From NCBI GenBank assembly GCA_029261065.1, contig JAJDCB010000009.1:33625-97624 (forward strand): a stretch of 64,000 nt of DNA. The letters run 5' to 3'. Below the pieces are notes generated by a model. That model did no database searches. It saw only the letters and a program-made list of their open reading frames with translations, and had not been told where the DNA came from. Shown here one piece after another: positions 10,793 to 21,801 of this stretch (its first letter is position 1; each line of letters opens with the position of its first letter). The translations under genes were made by a program, and so were the position numbers. The DNA comes from Candidatus Omnitrophota bacterium (GTDB taxonomy: Bacteria; Omnitrophota; Gorgyraeia; Zapsychrales; Zapsychraceae).

Positions 10793-11614
10793 TTAATACA
10801 AGCCGTAACCGCTTAAAACCCAATCAATTATGATATCTCCCCAAAAAAGCCCAATAATCGCCCCAGCTACTAAATAAGGCCCATAGGCGATAGTGGTATC
10901 TCCTGTTCTTAGCTTTTCAATAATACCAATAACTGATCCAAATAAAGGAGCAATAAAAAAGGTTAATATAGTGATCTCCCAACCCAAAAACGCACCAACC
11001 ATGGCTAAAAGCTTAACATCTCCCCCACCCATAGATTCCTTTTTAAACAAAAGATCTCCTAACAATCCCATAAAATACAAAGAGCCTCCTCCAACCAAAG
11101 CCCCTATTATTGAGATAGCCAAGGAATTAACATGAGCATACCAAAAAATATCAGGATGTGCAGCCACTGAATGCATTTGAGGAAGTAATGCGCTAAATAA
11201 AAAACCGAAATACATCCCCCCTACACTGACCTCATCTGGAATTATGCGATGTTCAAAATCGACAAACGTTGCAACAATAAAACATCCCATCATAAAAAGG
11301 TACGGAATGATGAGTATATTAAGTCCATAATATTGAAAAAATAAAACAAATACGATAGCTGTCAAAAATTCGATAAAAAGATATCGGAAAGAAAATTTGG
11401 CTTTACAATATCGGCATTTTCCACCTAGAAGAAAATAACTCACAAAAGGAATATTATCATACCACGCAATCGGTTTGTGGCACCCCACACAATGTGATGG
11501 TGGATTAATGACAGATTTTTCGTGCGGCATTCTGACAATACAGACATTTAAAAAACTTCCTATAGCAGAACCCATCACAAAGACAAAAATACTTATCAGC
11601 AGCATCTCATTCAC
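10793..11614 (-). CDS. Prepilin peptidase (A24 family, PilD-like)
   Basis: 273 aa. It has an N-terminal Cys-x-x-Cys ... Cys-x-x-Cys zinc-binding region (CVGCHKPIAW...GGKCRYCKAKF) and multiple TM helices with conserved Asp residues. Confidence 0.8.
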   Translation of the reverse strand: MNEMLLISIFVFVMGSAIGSFLNVCIVRMPHEKSVINPPSHCVGCHKPIAWYDNIPFVSYFLLGGKCRYCKAKFSFRYLFIEFLTAIVFVLFFQYYGLNILIIPYLFMMGCFIVATFVDFEHRIIPDEVSVGGMYFGFLFSALLPQMHSVAAHPDIFWYAHVNSLAISIIGALVGGGSLYFMGLLGDLLFKKESMGGGDVKLLAMVGAFLGWEITILTFFIAPLFGSVIGIIEKLRTGDTTIAYGPYLVAGAIIGLFWGDIIIDWVLSGYGLY

Positions 11615-12477
11615 GGTTGTAACCCTCCTTCTAAGGCTTCTCTCATAATCTGCTTCACTTCATCGTCTAGCTCAACTTGAGCCCAATGCTGAAAGGCTAG
11701 AACACCTTGATAAAACAACATGCCCAACCCATTGGATGTCCGAGCTCCCTGCTCCCGAGCCATTCGTAACAATAACGTCTCTTTAGGATTATATATTAAA
11801 TCGTAAACAAATAAATCAGGATGTAATAAATCTTCTTCTATCAAACAAGGATCTTCTTCATTGAGCCCCATAGACGTTGTATTTATTAAGAGATCCGTAT
11901 CTCTTAGTTCTAAATCATCAACACTCATAACAGATTCAACAATATCCATATTAATACGAGAGCCTAATTCCTTTAATAATTTTTCACTACGCTCTGCCGT
12001 TCGATTATAGATCTTGATATATTCAGGCCGTTCTGGAATCATACAAAGTGTGGCTAAAATGGCTTTAGCTGATCCTCCAGCGCCTAAAACCGCAATTCGT
12101 TTATCACTCGTTTCTACCCTTAGCTCTGATAAATGAATCATAAAACCTGGCGAATCTGTATTATACCCAACAAGCTTTCTTTCCTTGTTAATAACGACAG
12201 TATTAACAGCGCCAACTTTTTCAACCAAAGGAGAAAGGGTATCTAAATATTTTAAAACTTTTTCTTTGTAGGGAACTGTAACGTTAAATCCAAATATGGG
12301 AGATGTGGACTCATGAAGGTTAGCAAAGAAATCATCTAACTCATGCTCTTCTAGCGGAAAAAGATTATATATGGCCTCGACGTCTAAAGCTTTAAAGGCG
12401 GCATTATGCATTAAGGGAGAAAGGCTGTGTTTTAGAGGGTTTCCTATGATGCCGTATTGAGAAACATGATCTTCCAT
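11611..12477 (-). CDS. aroE: Shikimate dehydrogenase
   Basis: 288 aa with the N-terminus GIIGNPLKHSLSPLMHNAAF and the NAD(P)-binding motif GAGGSAKA. Confidence 0.85.
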   Translation of the reverse strand: MEDHVSQYGIIGNPLKHSLSPLMHNAAFKALDVEAIYNLFPLEEHELDDFFANLHESTSPIFGFNVTVPYKEKVLKYLDTLSPLVEKVGAVNTVVINKERKLVGYNTDSPGFMIHLSELRVETSDKRIAVLGAGGSAKAILATLCMIPERPEYIKIYNRTAERSEKLLKELGSRINMDIVESVMSVDDLELRDTDLLINTTSMGLNEEDPCLIEEDLLHPDLFVYDLIYNPKETLLLRMAREQGARTSNGLGMLFYQGVLAFQHWAQVELDDEVKQIMREALEGGLQP

Positions 12478-12482
12478 AACAA

Positions 12483-14024
12483 TTAAGAAACACCTTTTTT
12501 CTTGGCAGGAGTTTTTTGAGAAAGCACTTTATTAATGGCGTTGATATAAGCTTTAGCTGATGCTTCCAAAATGTCTGTACTCGTCCCGTGGGCAATGACG
12601 CTACTTGATTTAATCTTCGCTTTAATCGTGACCTCGCCTAAAGCATCTTTCCCTCGCGTGACCGATTGTATCGCGTAATCTAACAACTCACCTTTCACTT
12701 TTACGATCGCATCAATAGCCTTATAACAGGCATCAACCGGTCCATCACCTGTATGACTTTTATGAAATTTCTTTCCCTTACATTTTAAAACAACGTCTAC
12801 CTTAGATTTAATATCTGTACCACTCTGTGATTCTAAACTAACCAAAGACCACACTTTTTGATAAACCTTTAATTCATCCTCAACAATGGCTAATAAATCT
12901 TCATCGAAAACTTGTTTCTTTTTATCAGCAACACTCTTAAAACGTTCAAAAGCAAGATCAAGTTCTTTTCCCTTAACCGTTACTCCTAATTGTTTTAAAC
13001 GTTCTTTAAAAGCATGCCGACCTGAATGCTTCCCTAATATTAATCCCGTTCCCATAAAACCAACATCTTGGGGTAACATTATTTCATACGTTGAACGTTC
13101 TTTTAAGATACCATCTTGATGAATTCCTGATTCATGACGAAATGCGTTGTTACCAACGATCGCTTTATTAGGCGGAACAATAAACCCGGTTGATTTACTT
13201 ACCAAACGGGACACACGACAAATTTCCTTTGTATTGACTCTCGTTTTACATCTGTAAATATCAGGACGCGTTTTTATCGCCATCACAATTTCTTCCATAG
13301 ATGCATTACCTGCACGCTCTCCAATACCATTAACAGTGCATTCCACTTGACGGGCACCCTCTCGGACCGCAGACAACGAATTGGCCACAGCCACTCCCAA
13401 ATCGTCGTGACAATGAACAGAGATAATTGCCTTGTTTATATTCGGCACATTATTCTTGATATCCGCAATTAAGCTTCCATATTCTGAAGGCATACTGTAA
13501 CCAACCGTGTCAGGTATATTGACCGTTGTGGCACCCGCCTTAATAACTTCTTCTACGATCTTAAAAATAAAATCGCGCTCTGAACGTGAGGCATCTTCCG
13601 GAGAAAATTCAACATCCGCGACTTTCTTCTTGGCATATTTAACAGCATCAACAGCCATCTTTAAAATCTCTTCTTGAGACTTTTTTAATTTATATTTCAT
13701 GTGGATCTTTGACGTAGCTAAAAAGACATGAATACGATGTTTTTTGGCCATGCGAACCGCCTCATAGGATGCATCAATATCTTTTTTGATGCTTCGCGCT
13801 AATCCGCATACAATAGATTTTTTGATATTCTTGGCCACGGATTTAACGGAATTAAAATCTCCTTCTGATATGACAGGAAAACCAGCTTCAATGATATCGA
13901 CACCTAAACGTTCTAAGGCAAAGGCGATTTCAAGTTTTTCTTTCTCGCTCATACTCGCCCCAGGGGCCTGTTCCCCATCACGTAAGGTTGTATCGAATAT
14001 CAATACTCGATCGTCTTTAGCCAT
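12483..14024 (-). CDS. leuA: 2-isopropylmalate synthase (LeuA/CimA family)
   Basis: 513 aa. The N-terminus reads RVLIFDTTLRDGEQAPGASMS...VDIIEAGFP, there is an HCHDDLG metal site, and a C-terminal LeuA-dimer regulatory domain is present. Confidence 0.85.
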   Translation of the reverse strand: MAKDDRVLIFDTTLRDGEQAPGASMSEKEKLEIAFALERLGVDIIEAGFPVISEGDFNSVKSVAKNIKKSIVCGLARSIKKDIDASYEAVRMAKKHRIHVFLATSKIHMKYKLKKSQEEILKMAVDAVKYAKKKVADVEFSPEDASRSERDFIFKIVEEVIKAGATTVNIPDTVGYSMPSEYGSLIADIKNNVPNINKAIISVHCHDDLGVAVANSLSAVREGARQVECTVNGIGERAGNASMEEIVMAIKTRPDIYRCKTRVNTKEICRVSRLVSKSTGFIVPPNKAIVGNNAFRHESGIHQDGILKERSTYEIMLPQDVGFMGTGLILGKHSGRHAFKERLKQLGVTVKGKELDLAFERFKSVADKKKQVFDEDLLAIVEDELKVYQKVWSLVSLESQSGTDIKSKVDVVLKCKGKKFHKSHTGDGPVDACYKAIDAIVKVKGELLDYAIQSVTRGKDALGEVTIKAKIKSSSVIAHGTSTDILEASAKAYINAINKVLSQKTPAKKKGVS

Positions 14025-14025
14025 T

Positions 14026-14637
14026 TTATTGTCCTTCCTGACTCTGAAACTCTTTTATTTTCTCGCGCGTAAAACCTAAGGATACCTCAGCTTTACCACG
14101 GCCCGTTTTATTCGCATGAGCGTAAATCATAATGTCATCCATTTGCTCTTGAGTGATATGACTTTTTTTCTCACCAACAAGCCGAATATTTAAACCCCGC
14201 GTTTCTATAATCATCGGCTCTATTCCAAACTGTTTAACAAATTCTGGTAATGTTTTCTCCGAATAACCCCATTTATGATTTCCAAAGTGACCAATATAAA
14301 TATTGGATTCCCACATATTTTCCCCAAAAATAAAATCTACAAAATTGTCATATCCAAATTTGAAATAACGCGTTAAAATTTTCTTAAAATTAGGAACTTG
14401 CAACGTTACCCGACCACCAATTTTTAAAACCCTCACCCATTCATAAAATACTACATATCGCATATATTTATCAAAATGCTCCAACAAATCTTCAGCGAGA
14501 ATTTCTTCAACACTTTGATCCTCATAAGGCAAAGGTTTTGTTATATCATGAATAAGATCAGCACCCGTGGCTTTCACCGAATCAATATTGACCCAGCCTT
14601 CTAGTTTTTTTGTACCAGCACCTAAATGTAATTTCAT
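14026..14637 (-). CDS. Class I SAM-dependent methyltransferase (small, Methyltransf_11/23-like)
   Basis: 203 aa with motif I LHLGAGTKKLEGWVNID. It sits 1 nt upstream of the leuA start, and the RBS AAGGAAG lies 8 nt before its ATG. Confidence 0.6.
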   Translation of the reverse strand: MKLHLGAGTKKLEGWVNIDSVKATGADLIHDITKPLPYEDQSVEEILAEDLLEHFDKYMRYVVFYEWVRVLKIGGRVTLQVPNFKKILTRYFKFGYDNFVDFIFGENMWESNIYIGHFGNHKWGYSEKTLPEFVKQFGIEPMIIETRGLNIRLVGEKKSHITQEQMDDIMIYAHANKTGRGKAEVSLGFTREKIKEFQSQEGQ

Positions 14638-14661
14638 AATATGAATTCTTCCTTAAACTAG

Positions 14662-14685
14662 ATAGGCATCCTCTCGGATGCCTAT
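14662..14685 (-). terminator. Perfect 10-bp stem / 4-nt loop hairpin between ilvC stop and the methyltransferase-leuA start (possible attenuator/partial terminator)
   Basis: The hairpin is ATAGGCATCCtctcGGATGCCTAT. On the minus-strand RNA it is followed by CUAGUUUAAGGAAG (a short U-run, then the RBS of the downstream gene). Confidence 0.45.
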
Positions 14686-14717
14686 TTAATAATAAAAAAA
14701 TGATACGAGAAAGCGGC

Positions 14718-15710
14718 TTATTTATTCATCCAAGACATCATTTCCCGCAGCTTTACGCCTACTTTTTCAATCGGATGATTTTCCGAATCTTCTCGGTATT
14801 GGTCAAAATTAGGTCGACCTTTTTTATTTTCGCGCATCCATTCTCTCGCGAATTTACCCGATTGAATTTCAGAAAGAATTTTCTTCATCTCTTTACGTGT
14901 GCGATCTGTGATAATACGTGGTCCACGTGAATAGTCTCCGTATTCTGCCGTATCAGAAACACGCTTACGCATCCCCTTCACACCTTCTTCATACATCAAA
15001 TCTACAATCAACTTTAATTCATGCAAACATTCAAAATAAGCAATTTCAGGTTGGTAACCAGCTTCCGTTAAAGTTTCAAAACCTGCTTTAACAAGCTCGC
15101 TTGCTCCCCCACATAAAACACTTTGCTCACCGAATAAATCTGTTTCTGTTTCTTCTTTAAATGTCGTCTCAATTATTCCAGCACGACCACCACCAATACC
15201 TTTAGCATAAGCAAGAGCATCCTTTAAAGCGTTACCTGATGCATCTTGATAAACAGCAACCAAACAAGGAACACCTTTACCTTCTTCATATTGACGACGA
15301 ACTAATGCTCCAGGTCCCTTTGGAGCAATCATCCAAACATCCACCTCTTCCGGTGGTACAATTTGACCAAAATGAACGTTAAACCCATGAGAAAAGGCTA
15401 ATGATTTTCCTTTTTTCATATAACGCTTGATATCTTTTTTATAAAGCTCTGCTTGCACATGATCTTGTGTCAAAATTTGCAAAACGTCAGCTTCTTGAGC
15501 CGCTGTTCTAGCATCGACAGGTTTAAATCCGTCAGCAATCGCCATATCATAATTTGGTCCACCCTTTCTCTGGCTAACCAAAACATTTAATCCACTATCT
15601 CTTAAACTCAACGCTTGCCCTCGCCCTTGAATACCATATCCAATAATAGCGATGGTGCGATTATTATAAATATTTAAGTCTGCATCTTTATCATAATAAA
15701 TTTTTGGCAT
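14718..15710 (-). CDS. ilvC: Ketol-acid reductoisomerase (class I)
   Basis: 330 aa. It reads [11 protein letters not shown]...[21 protein letters not shown], a canonical KARI N-terminus. Confidence 0.9.
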   Translation of the reverse strand: MPKIYYDKDADLNIYNNRTIAIIGYGIQGRGQALSLRDSGLNVLVSQRKGGPNYDMAIADGFKPVDARTAAQEADVLQILTQDHVQAELYKKDIKRYMKKGKSLAFSHGFNVHFGQIVPPEEVDVWMIAPKGPGALVRRQYEEGKGVPCLVAVYQDASGNALKDALAYAKGIGGGRAGIIETTFKEETETDLFGEQSVLCGGASELVKAGFETLTEAGYQPEIAYFECLHELKLIVDLMYEEGVKGMRKRVSDTAEYGDYSRGPRIITDRTRKEMKKILSEIQSGKFAREWMRENKKGRPNFDQYREDSENHPIEKVGVKLREMMSWMNK

Positions 15711-15727
15711 AATCTAATCCTTTTTAC

Positions 15728-16708
15728 TTAAGTTAATACTTTTACAAGGTTCAAAAAGTCATCTAAATGTTTGAATTCTTTGTGAGTGGCCTCACGAATA
15801 TCGATCACATTAATTTCATCTTGTAACACTCCAACGGCCTTACCAAACTCTCCTTTATCGATCAACTCAACGGCAGCTGCTCCAAGTCTTGTGGCTAATA
15901 TACGATCTTGTCCTGAAGGGACGCCTCCGCGTTGCACATGTCCTAAGACAACAAATCTTGATTCCAAACCCGTCATCGTCGTAATCGTGTTGCCAACTTC
16001 ATGAGCCTTACCAGCGCCTTCAGCAACAACAATCATCCAGCTAATTTTTCCTCTTTTATGACCTTCTTTAATTCCTTGGCACATTCGATCATAATCAAAC
16101 TGTCGTTCAGGAATAATCACCTCTTCTGCACCCGCTCCAAGAGCCACTTCAATAGCAATGTAACCTGATTTATTCCCCATCACCTCAATGATAAATACCC
16201 GCTCCATGCTATGAGCCGTATCTCGAATTTTATCGATAGCATCTAAGGCTGTATTGACAGCGGTAAAACAGCCAATCGTTTGATCTGTGCCTTTAAGGTC
16301 ATTATCAATCGTGCCAGGCAAACCAATGACAGGAAATCCAAACTCTGCATAAAGCTCAGAAGCACCCCTATAACTTCCATCACCGCCAATCACAATCAAG
16401 GCGTCAATGTTATGTTTTTTTAAAATTTGAACGGCTTTTTCTTTTCCCTCAGGCGTACCAAACTGTGTAGATCGTGCTGTTTTTAAAATGGTCCCGCCTC
16501 GATTGATAATGTTTGATACAGAACGGTGATTGAGCGGAATAATCTCCTCATTAAAGATACCTTCGTACCCTCGGATAATCCCAACCACATCATATCCTTT
16601 ATGTATGGCACACCGAACAACACTGCGAATAGCAGCATTCATCCCTGGCCCATCACCACCAGATGTCAAAACAGCAATTTTCTTAACTTTTTTATTTAGT
16701 AATCCCAT
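15728..16708 (-). CDS. pfkA: ATP-dependent 6-phosphofructokinase
   Basis: 326 aa. It has the motifs IAVLTSGGDGPGMNAAIR and IVIGGDGS...GLPGTIDND. Confidence 0.9.
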   Translation of the reverse strand: MGLLNKKVKKIAVLTSGGDGPGMNAAIRSVVRCAIHKGYDVVGIIRGYEGIFNEEIIPLNHRSVSNIINRGGTILKTARSTQFGTPEGKEKAVQILKKHNIDALIVIGGDGSYRGASELYAEFGFPVIGLPGTIDNDLKGTDQTIGCFTAVNTALDAIDKIRDTAHSMERVFIIEVMGNKSGYIAIEVALGAGAEEVIIPERQFDYDRMCQGIKEGHKRGKISWMIVVAEGAGKAHEVGNTITTMTGLESRFVVLGHVQRGGVPSGQDRILATRLGAAAVELIDKGEFGKAVGVLQDEINVIDIREATHKEFKHLDDFLNLVKVLT

Positions 16709-16717
16709 ATGTATTTC

Positions 16718-18031
16718 TTAATACCGATAATGATCCGGCTTGTAAGGACCCTCGGGTTTGATATTTAGATAACTTGATTGCGCCTCTGTTAAGACATCAA
16801 GAGTGGCTCCCACCTTCTTTAAATGAAGACGAGCAACTTTTTCATCCAAATGTTTTGGCAAAACATAAACTTTATTTTCATAGTTTTTATTATTTTGCCA
16901 CAACTCAATCTGAGCCATAACTTGATTTGTAAATGAATTACTCATAACAAATGACGGATGCCCTGTAGCACAACCTAAATTAACCAATCGACCTTCAGCC
17001 AAAACAATTAATTTCTTTCCATCAGGATAAGTGTATTCATCCACTTGAGCTTTAATTTCATCGCGTTTGACATCACTACGACCATTTAAATAAGCCACTT
17101 CAATTTCTAGATCAAAATGACCAATATTACAGATAATAGAACCACTCTTCATAACATCCATATGGACACCACAAATAACATCACGACATCCTGTTGTGGT
17201 TACAAAAATATCACCCTCTTTTGCTGCCTCTGTCATAGGCTTAACTTCATAACCTTCCATACTTGCTTGAAGGGCACATATAGGATCGATTTCTGTAACA
17301 ATAACGCGTCCACCCATACCACGAAACGCTGCCGCACATCCTTTTCCAACATCACCGTAACCAGCAACGACACAAACTTTTCCAGAAATCATGACATCTG
17401 TGGCACGTTTAATACCATCTAATAGTGATTCACGACAACCATACAAATTATCAAACTTAGATTTTGTAACGGAGTCATTAACATTAATGGCTGGCATTTT
17501 AAGAGAACCTTCTTTTTCCATCTCATAAAGCCTATGGACGCCAGTTGTTGTTTCTTCAGAAAGACCAACAATGGATTCTGCAAACTGAGGATATTTTTCG
17601 TGAATAATGGCTGTCAAATCACCACCATCATCTAAAAGGATGTTCGGGCCTTTACCATCCGGCCAATTGATCGTCTGCTCGATACACCAATCATATTCTT
17701 CCAAACTCTCACCCTTCCAGGCAAAAACAGGAATGTTTTTAGCCGCAATCGCACTGGCCGCGTGATCCTGAGTTGAAAAAATATTACATGAAGACCAACG
17801 AACCTCAGCGCCTAAATCGATTAAACTTTCGATTAAAACAGCCGTCTGAATGGTCATATGGATACATCCAGCAATTCGCGCGCCTTTCAACGGTTTTTCT
17901 GATCCGTATTCTTTGCGAATAGACATCAATCCAGGCATTTCTGCCTCAGCTATATTAATTTCTTTGCGACCCCAGTCAGCCAAAGAAATATCTTTAACTT
18001 TATAATCATCTGTAGATGTAGAATTAGTCAT
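16718..18031 (-). CDS. ahcY: Adenosylhomocysteinase
   Basis: 437 aa. It reads [17 protein letters not shown]...AEMPGLM and has the NAD-binding motif GYGDVGKG. Confidence 0.9.
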   Translation of the reverse strand: MTNSTSTDDYKVKDISLADWGRKEINIAEAEMPGLMSIRKEYGSEKPLKGARIAGCIHMTIQTAVLIESLIDLGAEVRWSSCNIFSTQDHAASAIAAKNIPVFAWKGESLEEYDWCIEQTINWPDGKGPNILLDDGGDLTAIIHEKYPQFAESIVGLSEETTTGVHRLYEMEKEGSLKMPAINVNDSVTKSKFDNLYGCRESLLDGIKRATDVMISGKVCVVAGYGDVGKGCAAAFRGMGGRVIVTEIDPICALQASMEGYEVKPMTEAAKEGDIFVTTTGCRDVICGVHMDVMKSGSIICNIGHFDLEIEVAYLNGRSDVKRDEIKAQVDEYTYPDGKKLIVLAEGRLVNLGCATGHPSFVMSNSFTNQVMAQIELWQNNKNYENKVYVLPKHLDEKVARLHLKKVGATLDVLTEAQSSYLNIKPEGPYKPDHYRY

Positions 18032-18060
18032 GATAACCTCTCTAATAATAATTTAATAAT

Positions 18061-19224
18061 TTAAGCTGCTACTTGAGCATCTTTTTTTAACGCATCGGCT
18101 TTATCTGTTTTCTCCCAAGCAAAACCATCCCGTCCAAAATGGCCGTAAGCCGCCGTCTTTCTAAAATTAGGACTTAATAAATCTAATGTTTTGATGATTC
18201 CTTGTGGTGATAAATCAAAATTCTTTCGAATGAGATCAACTAAGGTTTCATCAGAAACTTTTCCCGTTCCATAAGTATCTACAAAAATACTCACAGGCTC
18301 TGGATGCCCGATAGCGTAGCTAAACTGAACCAAACATTTTTTAGCAAGACCAGCGGCAACAACATTTTTAGTCACATATCGAGCCATATAAGTGGCTGAA
18401 CGATCCACTTTAGTCGAATCTTTACCGGAGAAAGCGCCCCCACCATGGGCTACAATACCACCGTAAGTATCGACAACAATCTTTCGACCAGTTAAACCAG
18501 TATCTGATTGAGGTCCGCCGACAACGAACTTTCCTGTTTCATTAATATAAAATTTTGTTTTATCATCGATCATATCACCAACGATAGGCTTTGCAATCGT
18601 ATCGATAATTTCTTGGCGAGCTTTGGCCGTAATTTTCTTGCCGGAATCATCAACAATGTCTTCTGTATGTTGACAAGCAAGAACAACAGCATCAACACGA
18701 AGAGGTTTGTCATCTTCGTATTCAATGGTAACCTGACTTTTACAATCAGGACCTAAATAATCTAATGGGCCATTTTTACGAACTTCTTCAACACGGGCCA
18801 CTAATTTGTGCGCTAACATAATCGCTAAAGGCATCAACTCAGGCGTTTCATCTGTGGCATAACCAAACATAATGCCTTGGTCTCCCGCACCACCGGTATC
18901 AACCCCTTGAGAAATATCGGGCGACTGACTGTTAATGGCATTTAAAATAGAACATGTATTACCATCAAACCCATATTTTGGATCGTTATAACCAATATCT
19001 AAAACGACTTCTCTTACTAATTTATGAACATCAACATAAGTTGTTGTTGTGATTTCTCCCCCAACAATAACTAGCCCCATAGATATAAAGGTTTCACAAG
19101 CAACGCGTCCTTTGGGATCTTCAGCTAAAACAGCATCTAAAACCGCATCGGAGATTTGATCACACACTTTATCTGGATGTCCAGCCCCAACTGATTCTGA
19201 TGTAATAAAAAATTTTCCTTTCAC
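18061..19224 (-). CDS. metK: S-adenosylmethionine synthetase
   Basis: 387 aa. It reads [13 protein letters not shown]...GAGDQG...GGGAFSGKD, which are the canonical MAT motifs. Confidence 0.9.
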   Translation of the reverse strand: MKGKFFITSESVGAGHPDKVCDQISDAVLDAVLAEDPKGRVACETFISMGLVIVGGEITTTTYVDVHKLVREVVLDIGYNDPKYGFDGNTCSILNAINSQSPDISQGVDTGGAGDQGIMFGYATDETPELMPLAIMLAHKLVARVEEVRKNGPLDYLGPDCKSQVTIEYEDDKPLRVDAVVLACQHTEDIVDDSGKKITAKARQEIIDTIAKPIVGDMIDDKTKFYINETGKFVVGGPQSDTGLTGRKIVVDTYGGIVAHGGGAFSGKDSTKVDRSATYMARYVTKNVVAAGLAKKCLVQFSYAIGHPEPVSIFVDTYGTGKVSDETLVDLIRKNFDLSPQGIIKTLDLLSPNFRKTAAYGHFGRDGFAWEKTDKADALKKDAQVAA

Positions 19225-19287
19225 TTATACGCCTTCCTTTCCTTTTTATTTAACCCTAAAGGGATAGGTTTGATAAAACCTAACTGA

Positions 19288-20019
19288 TTAAAATTTATCT
19301 TGCGCCTCTTTGTATGACTCCACACTTCCGATATCATACCATTTTCCTGTAAATTTAAAACCATAGACATTACTTTTTTCATGAAGCCACCGGATATAAT
19401 CGCCGGCTGTATCAGAGATCTGAACTTCCTTTAAATACTGAGAAACCAGATTTATGGTCTGCTTTGGCAGAAAATAAAAACACATGGCAATGAGGCTGGA
19501 TTTGGGCTCCTGTGGCTTTTCTTCAAAGGATGTGACCTTAAATGAATCATCTATTCCTACAACACCAAACTTCTTAGCATCCTCAATATTTCCAATATCA
19601 TAAAGACCAATGGTTACAGATTCTGGATTTTTTTGTGCATATATTATATATTCATTTAGATTATAATCAAACAAATTATCGCCCCCCACGACTATGATGT
19701 CATCTGTAACTTTCTCAGTCTGAATGACATAATCAATGTCTCCAATCGAGCCTAGCCTGTCATCAGGGGTGTTGGTACCATCATTAACTATTCTTATGGG
19801 ATGCGGACATGAGCTTTCTTGGGCCCATTTCTCAAATTGACCAGCAAATTTATTATTTGTGACCAACAATATCTCATTTAACTCCTCTAAACCTTGGATT
19901 CTATCAAGAATATAATCAACTAAAGGCCTTCCATTTATATCCAATAAGGCTTTTGGCGTGTCTTTAACCAAAGGGTATAATCTCGTTCCGTATCCTGCAG
20001 CTAATATAATCGCTTTCAT
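19288..20019 (-). CDS. Sugar-phosphate nucleotidyltransferase (NTP_transferase fold, GlmU/RmlA/LicC-like N-domain)
   Basis: 243 aa. It has MKAIILAAGYGTRLYPL (G-x-G-T-R-L nucleotide-binding signature) and sits immediately upstream of metK with a 63-nt spacer. Confidence 0.7.
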   Translation of the reverse strand: MKAIILAAGYGTRLYPLVKDTPKALLDINGRPLVDYILDRIQGLEELNEILLVTNNKFAGQFEKWAQESSCPHPIRIVNDGTNTPDDRLGSIGDIDYVIQTEKVTDDIIVVGGDNLFDYNLNEYIIYAQKNPESVTIGLYDIGNIEDAKKFGVVGIDDSFKVTSFEEKPQEPKSSLIAMCFYFLPKQTINLVSQYLKEVQISDTAGDYIRWLHEKSNVYGFKFTGKWYDIGSVESYKEAQDKF

Positions 20020-20031
20020 CTTCTTATCCTT

Positions 20032-21801
20032 TTATTCTTTACTATTTTCTTCGTTTAAAAACGCGGGAGCTAATTCATTGAGTTTCATTCGACTAAAATT
20101 CTCAACTTCTTGTCCCGTTGATAACGACAAGGCCTCTGTCGCCAATTTTTTAGCATCTTTAAAGTTTACGCTTCGTATCATTTGTTTAATTTGTAAAATG
20201 CTTAACGGAGACATGCTGAAATCATCTAATTCTAATCCTAATAAAATTAAAGCAAGAACAGGTTCGCTACACATCTCTCCACAGAGTCCTACTGAAATTT
20301 TTTCAGCATGGGCCGCATCAATCGTTCGTTTAATCAGTCTTAAAACACCTGGGTGACCAGGTTCATATAAATCAGCCGTTTTGATATTCACACGATCAAC
20401 AGCTAATGTGTATTGAATCAAATCATTTGTTCCAATACTAAAAAAATCTACTTCTTTCGCTAAAAGATCTGCGGTCATCGCAGCTGAAGGCACCTCAATC
20501 ATAATGCCAACAGGCATCTTTTCATCAAAAGTTATATTTTCATCTTTTAAATTTTGTTTAACCTCTTTAAGAATATCATTGGCCGCTCTTAAGTCGCCCA
20601 ACCCTGTAATCATCGGGTACATTAAACGGACCTTTCCAAAAGCGGAGGCTCGCAGCACAGCTCTTAATTGTGTTTTAAAAATGTCTGGTCGAGCTAAACA
20701 AAAACGTATCGCCCTCCATCCCAAAAACGGATACATATCACGAGGAATTTGTAGACTAGAAATAAATTTATCGCCCCCTAAATCTAGACTTCTAATGGTC
20801 ACAGGGTTTGGGGCAATTTGCTCAGCCACTTGTTTATAGGCCTTAAATTGTTCTTCTTCTGATGGAAGATCAACTCGGTTCATATAAAAATATTCCGTGC
20901 GATATAAACCTATTCCGTTAGCACCATGTTTGATAATCGTAGGGATTTCTTCCGGCAATTCTAAATTAGCCAATATTTTTACTTTATGCCCATCCGATGT
21001 CTCACATGGCAGATCTTTAATTTCTTTGAATTGATCTTGAAACTCCACAATTCGAAACTGTGCATCCTTATAAATGGCTTTTGTCTCTTTTGTCGGGTTT
21101 ATTAACACAAGCCCTTTTCGACCATCAATGATAACAAAATCTTGATTACGAATTTTAAGGGTAGCATCCTTTAATCCAACGACAGCAGGAACTCCTAAAG
21201 ATTTGGCCATAATCGCGGTATGTGAAGTCTTGCCTCCTACATCTGTAGCAAAGGCTATGATATTTTGATTGTACATACTCGCTGTATCTGAAGGTGATAA
21301 ATCATGGCTTATAATAATAAGCTCTTCTGTTAAATTGTCAAAATCATGCAACTTAGATTCATCCATCAAATTTTTTAAAACACGTCGACCAATATCACTG
21401 ACATCACTCACGCGCTCTTTTAAATATTCATCTTCAATATTTGAGAAAATTTTTACATATTTCTTAAGCACTTCTGAGAAAATATACTCAGCTGAAAGTT
21501 TCTCATCGCGAATGCGTTTAATCACTTCATCTGTCAAAGATCTATCTTCTAAAACAAGCAAATGAGCATCAAAAATTTGAGCATGTTGCCCACCCAAATC
21601 TTTACTGATATTTTTTTGTATCTCTAATATCTCTTCTTTCGTCTTGATAAGGGCTTCTTCAAAACGAGCAATTTCTATTGGTATTTCCGTCTCCATTATC
21701 ACACGAGGAGCAACAACAAAATCTTGTTTATCCAAGATAAAGGATGAACCCGATGCTATACCTGGAGCGGCAGCTATTCCTTTTAAAACAATTTCTTCCA
21801 C
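20032..21801 (-). CDS. ptsI: Phosphoenolpyruvate-protein phosphotransferase (PTS enzyme I)
   Basis: 589 aa. It has an N-terminal HPr-binding region, the phospho-His region GGKTSHTAIMAKSLGVPAVVG, and a C-terminal PEP-utilising TIM barrel (GLYRTEF-like). Confidence 0.85.
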   Translation of the reverse strand: MEEIVLKGIAAAPGIASGSSFILDKQDFVVAPRVIMETEIPIEIARFEEALIKTKEEILEIQKNISKDLGGQHAQIFDAHLLVLEDRSLTDEVIKRIRDEKLSAEYIFSEVLKKYVKIFSNIEDEYLKERVSDVSDIGRRVLKNLMDESKLHDFDNLTEELIIISHDLSPSDTASMYNQNIIAFATDVGGKTSHTAIMAKSLGVPAVVGLKDATLKIRNQDFVIIDGRKGLVLINPTKETKAIYKDAQFRIVEFQDQFKEIKDLPCETSDGHKVKILANLELPEEIPTIIKHGANGIGLYRTEYFYMNRVDLPSEEEQFKAYKQVAEQIAPNPVTIRSLDLGGDKFISSLQIPRDMYPFLGWRAIRFCLARPDIFKTQLRAVLRASAFGKVRLMYPMITGLGDLRAANDILKEVKQNLKDENITFDEKMPVGIMIEVPSAAMTADLLAKEVDFFSIGTNDLIQYTLAVDRVNIKTADLYEPGHPGVLRLIKRTIDAAHAEKISVGLCGEMCSEPVLALILLGLELDDFSMSPLSILQIKQMIRSVNFKDAKKLATEALSLSTGQEVENFSRMKLNELAPAFLNEENSKE

